NCBI RefSeq assembly: GCF_006345805.1
Contig: NC_043010.1
Span: forward strand, 55,800,001 to 55,864,000
Direction: 5' to 3'
DNA length: 64,000 nt
Origin: Octopus sinensis
Taxonomy: Eukaryota
Each line of letters opens with the position of its first letter. The stretch's first letter is position 1. Under the pieces are notes generated by a model. The model ran no database searches and was not told the origin of the DNA. It saw nothing but the letters and a program-made list of their open reading frames with translations. The translations under genes were made by a program, and so were the position numbers. Positions 60,830 to 64,000 of this stretch are shown here, one piece after another.

Positions 60830-63800
60830 GCCCCCTCAAGTAAATCAGTCGCCCTAAATGACTAGACTTAGTTTTCAACTTAACAAATCTAACATGTCCG
60901 TCCCTTCCTTTCACTACCACCTGAACTACTGCAAGAGGTCATAAATTCCTTGGAGTGTTTTCTTCTGACATGAACACTAGATCTCCAACTAATATATTCC
61001 TACGTAACAACTCTATCCACTTGACCCGTTTATGTAAATCAGGTAAATACAATTTTACCTATTGAGACCAGAACTGATCTGCTAAATGCTGTACATGCTT
61101 CCATCTCATCAAATTTACCTGGAGATACTGTTGAGCCGTCCCTAAGCAAAAGTAAATGATTGGGTGTTAACAGAGAACGATCCTGTGGATCGTCACTTAA
61201 TTTCGTTAGCGGCCTACGATTCAAAATAGATTCAACCTCTGCAAACACTAGAATTTCATCAGTGAGTTTAACAGGACCAGACAGTAACCCTTCCATAACT
61301 CTCCTAGCACGACTTATCGTACGTTCCCAAGCTCCACCCATATGAGAAGCTGCTGGTGTGTTAAAGTGCCCATCTATGTTTCGATTCAATGCATGAGTTT
61401 GGATATCAGTCTGAGATAACTCCTGTAAATCCCCCCCCCTTTTAATTCAGCTCTAGCCCCAACAAAGTTTGTACCATTGTTTGAGTAAATATCTCCGGGT
61501 GACTTCTAGATATAAATCTGCGGAAACAATTGATGAAAGATTCAGTGTCTCGACTATCTAACATTTCTATATGTACTGCTCTCGTCACAAGACGTGAAAA
61601 TACAACCATAATGCTTTACTTCTGAATGGTTGACTTTGACCGTGAAATATCCAGACATCTACGCCAATGTATGTAAAAGGAAGTTTGTCTGTTTCAACTC
61701 TCTTCCTAGGGAGATTTGCCCTAATTTGAGAAGCTGACTTGGCAAATAGCGTCCTATAAGCAACACATGAACGGATAACTTTCTTGACAACAGATCTACC
61801 CCCTGTAATTCAATAATGCTGTCTGATAAGTTCTGAAGTCCATTCTCTCCCCACATAAGCTTTTCTGTGAAAATGAGCAGCAATAAACTCAGCAATGGCA
61901 TGTTTACCTGAAACTACAACCGGATTCTTGATTTCAACTGTAGACTCAACCAATCTACCACCCATTCTGAGAATACCATCACCACCCGGAAACGGGTGGA
62001 GTGATCTGGGGGACTGGATTTGCTGATACATTTTCCCCCCTAATAACCTTTCTAATTCGTCTTCATAATGTATTCACTGAGCTCTCATAATCAGAGACAA
62101 CTCTGCATGCTGAATTTCTTCAACACATAAAGGTCCCTGTTTTGACATTTCTATTTCCGCACATTTTTGCAAATCGAAGCACCAGTCTGAATAATGTTCC
62201 ATGATCCCATCTATAGGATTCATACTACCTATCTGAAGAGCATTGCACATCCTAATTGGGTCTTTTCTGATCTTCATATCACCCAATAACAATTCCCCAC
62301 TATTCTTGTATGGTTGCCATTCATCAGTTTTGTGTTACCTCAAGAAGGTAGGTCCAGTGAACCACAACTCGCTATCTAACCTGCTAAACACCTAACCTCG
62401 ATTAACAATGTCCACAGGATTGTTTCTGCCTGACACATAACGCCACTGATCAGATTGTGACCCTTCTCTGATAAGACTAACTCTGTTTTCTATAAATATC
62501 TGGAACCGTTTGGTTTCGTTTGTAATGTAAGCCAAAACTATTTTCGAGTCTGACCAAAAGAACGTTCGATCAATTCTGATTTCTAATTCCTTTCACAAGA
62601 GAGTGTCAACTCTGACTGACAAAGCGGCTGCTTGTAATTCCAGTCATGGGATAGTACATTGTTTGAGAGGTGAAACTCTACTTTTGCTTATGGTAAGCTG
62701 TGTATGGATCTTTCCAAACTTGTCGACACACCTGATATAGCTACAACAACCGTAGGCTGACAGGCTTGCGTCTGGAAAATGATGTAATTTCAAATATGCC
62801 TCATCAAAACCCAGTGGTTTAATGCAGCGCAGAATTTGTGCTTGATTGGGAAACTCCAATGTTTCCAACCATTTGCTTCACTGTTCGCAAAGTTTCAAAG
62901 AAACTGATTCATCCCAATCATATTTGCAACGAGTAGCATCCTGAAACATTAACTTGCCCAGTGATATCTGGGGATCAACAAACCCAAGCAGGTCATATAT
63001 CGATGACACAATGCTCAACATTTTCCTCCTCGTGGCTATCTGATTTCTCTCTACGCTGATCTCAAAGGCGAAAGCATCCGACATGATATTCCATTTTACA
63101 CCAAGTACCTTTCCCGATGAATCAGTACTGAAGCTCTTCACTCCTTTTGCACTATGATTCTCTGGAATTTCTTCCAACAACTATCATCGACAACAAATTT
63201 TGTGAGATTGAAACCACCACTAGCTAGAACCAAGGGAACTTCACGCAGAATTATTCTAGCTTCGTCTTATCTTCTACAGATTTCAAAATATCATCTACAT
63301 AGAATGACTTGTCAATTGAGTCAGTTGCGAATGCACTGGCATCTTCACATTCTGTAACAATCCGTTTAAGAGTATAGGGAGAACTAATAGCACACCACAC
63401 ACCCCAAAACAAATGTGACGTCAGGCTATAGTGAACAACTTCCCTACCCTGATACCACAAAAATCTCAAAGCATCTCTATCTTTCAGTGGAATCTTGACT
63501 TGATGATACATAGATTCAATATCAGCTAGAATGGAATAGTGATGCTGTCTAAATCTCAATAATACATGCAATAATTTGCTAACTTAATTAGGACCTTGTC
63601 TGCAACGTTCATTGAAAGATTTGCCCTGATATTTCGCTGCACAATCAAATACAATGTGCACTTTGCCAGGTTTCTTATCAGAAATGACTGCATGAGGAGC
63701 AAGATACCATATACGTTCAACACCACGGATTTGCTCTGGAGGAACAACCTCAGCATATCCATTACTAACTTGTTGATTTCTAAGTCATATCTTTGAATAA

Positions 63801-64000
63801 GATTTTCCCCTTCACGTTTCCTGAATGTAGATTTTAACCGGGATTTAGCATAATTATTTGGCAATGGTTCATCCCTATCTTTCCAGGGAATCAGTAACTG
63901 ATAATGACAATCCACTTTCAAACACTCCATATCCCATAATTCAATCACTGAAGGATCATCTTGTCACCAACCAACTTTATAAATCCCATCGTTTACGAAT
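60830..64000 (-). mobile_element. BEL/Pao LTR retrotransposon pol (RT-RNaseH-integrase-DUF5641-like), disrupted, runs off the window edge
   Basis: ADIESMYHQV...ALRFLW, SFYVDD, HHFPDASLSAYG...SKSRVSPLK..TIP, NTPAASHMGGAWER, LLTPNHLLL; no LTR identified. Confidence 0.92.

Overview
AT-rich, microsatellite-rich eukaryotic genomic DNA. The repeat families suggest an octopod cephalopod (inference, not a database hit). The window is dominated by one + strand multi-exon gene: 18 coding exons traced by hand from 6710 to 54708, all phase-compatible and GT-AG, 2697 nt = 898 aa + stop; the 5' exons were not found in the window. It encodes a DUF4062(TIR-like)-STAND/NACHT NTPase-TPR protein. Its introns and flanks are filled with mobile DNA: RTE LINEs (one near full length plus many (GAT)n-tailed 3' fragments), Penelope-like remnants, RLE-type, Tx1/L1-like and CR1/L2-like fragments, three Tc1/mariner types (DD37D, mariner, DD34E), a hAT derivative, Helitron-like elements, tRNA-derived SINEs and a BEL/Pao LTR pol running off the right edge. 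Less ordinary signals: six degenerate minimal hammerhead-ribozyme motifs (two head-to-head pairs, one forming a stand-alone palindrome), a 2.2-kb imperfect foldback palindrome in intron 7, and a CCAAT/octamer/TATA promoter-like cluster pointing at a small His/Gln-rich ORF antisense to the gene's 3' end. All coordinates and identities were read by eye; TE boundaries are approximate.
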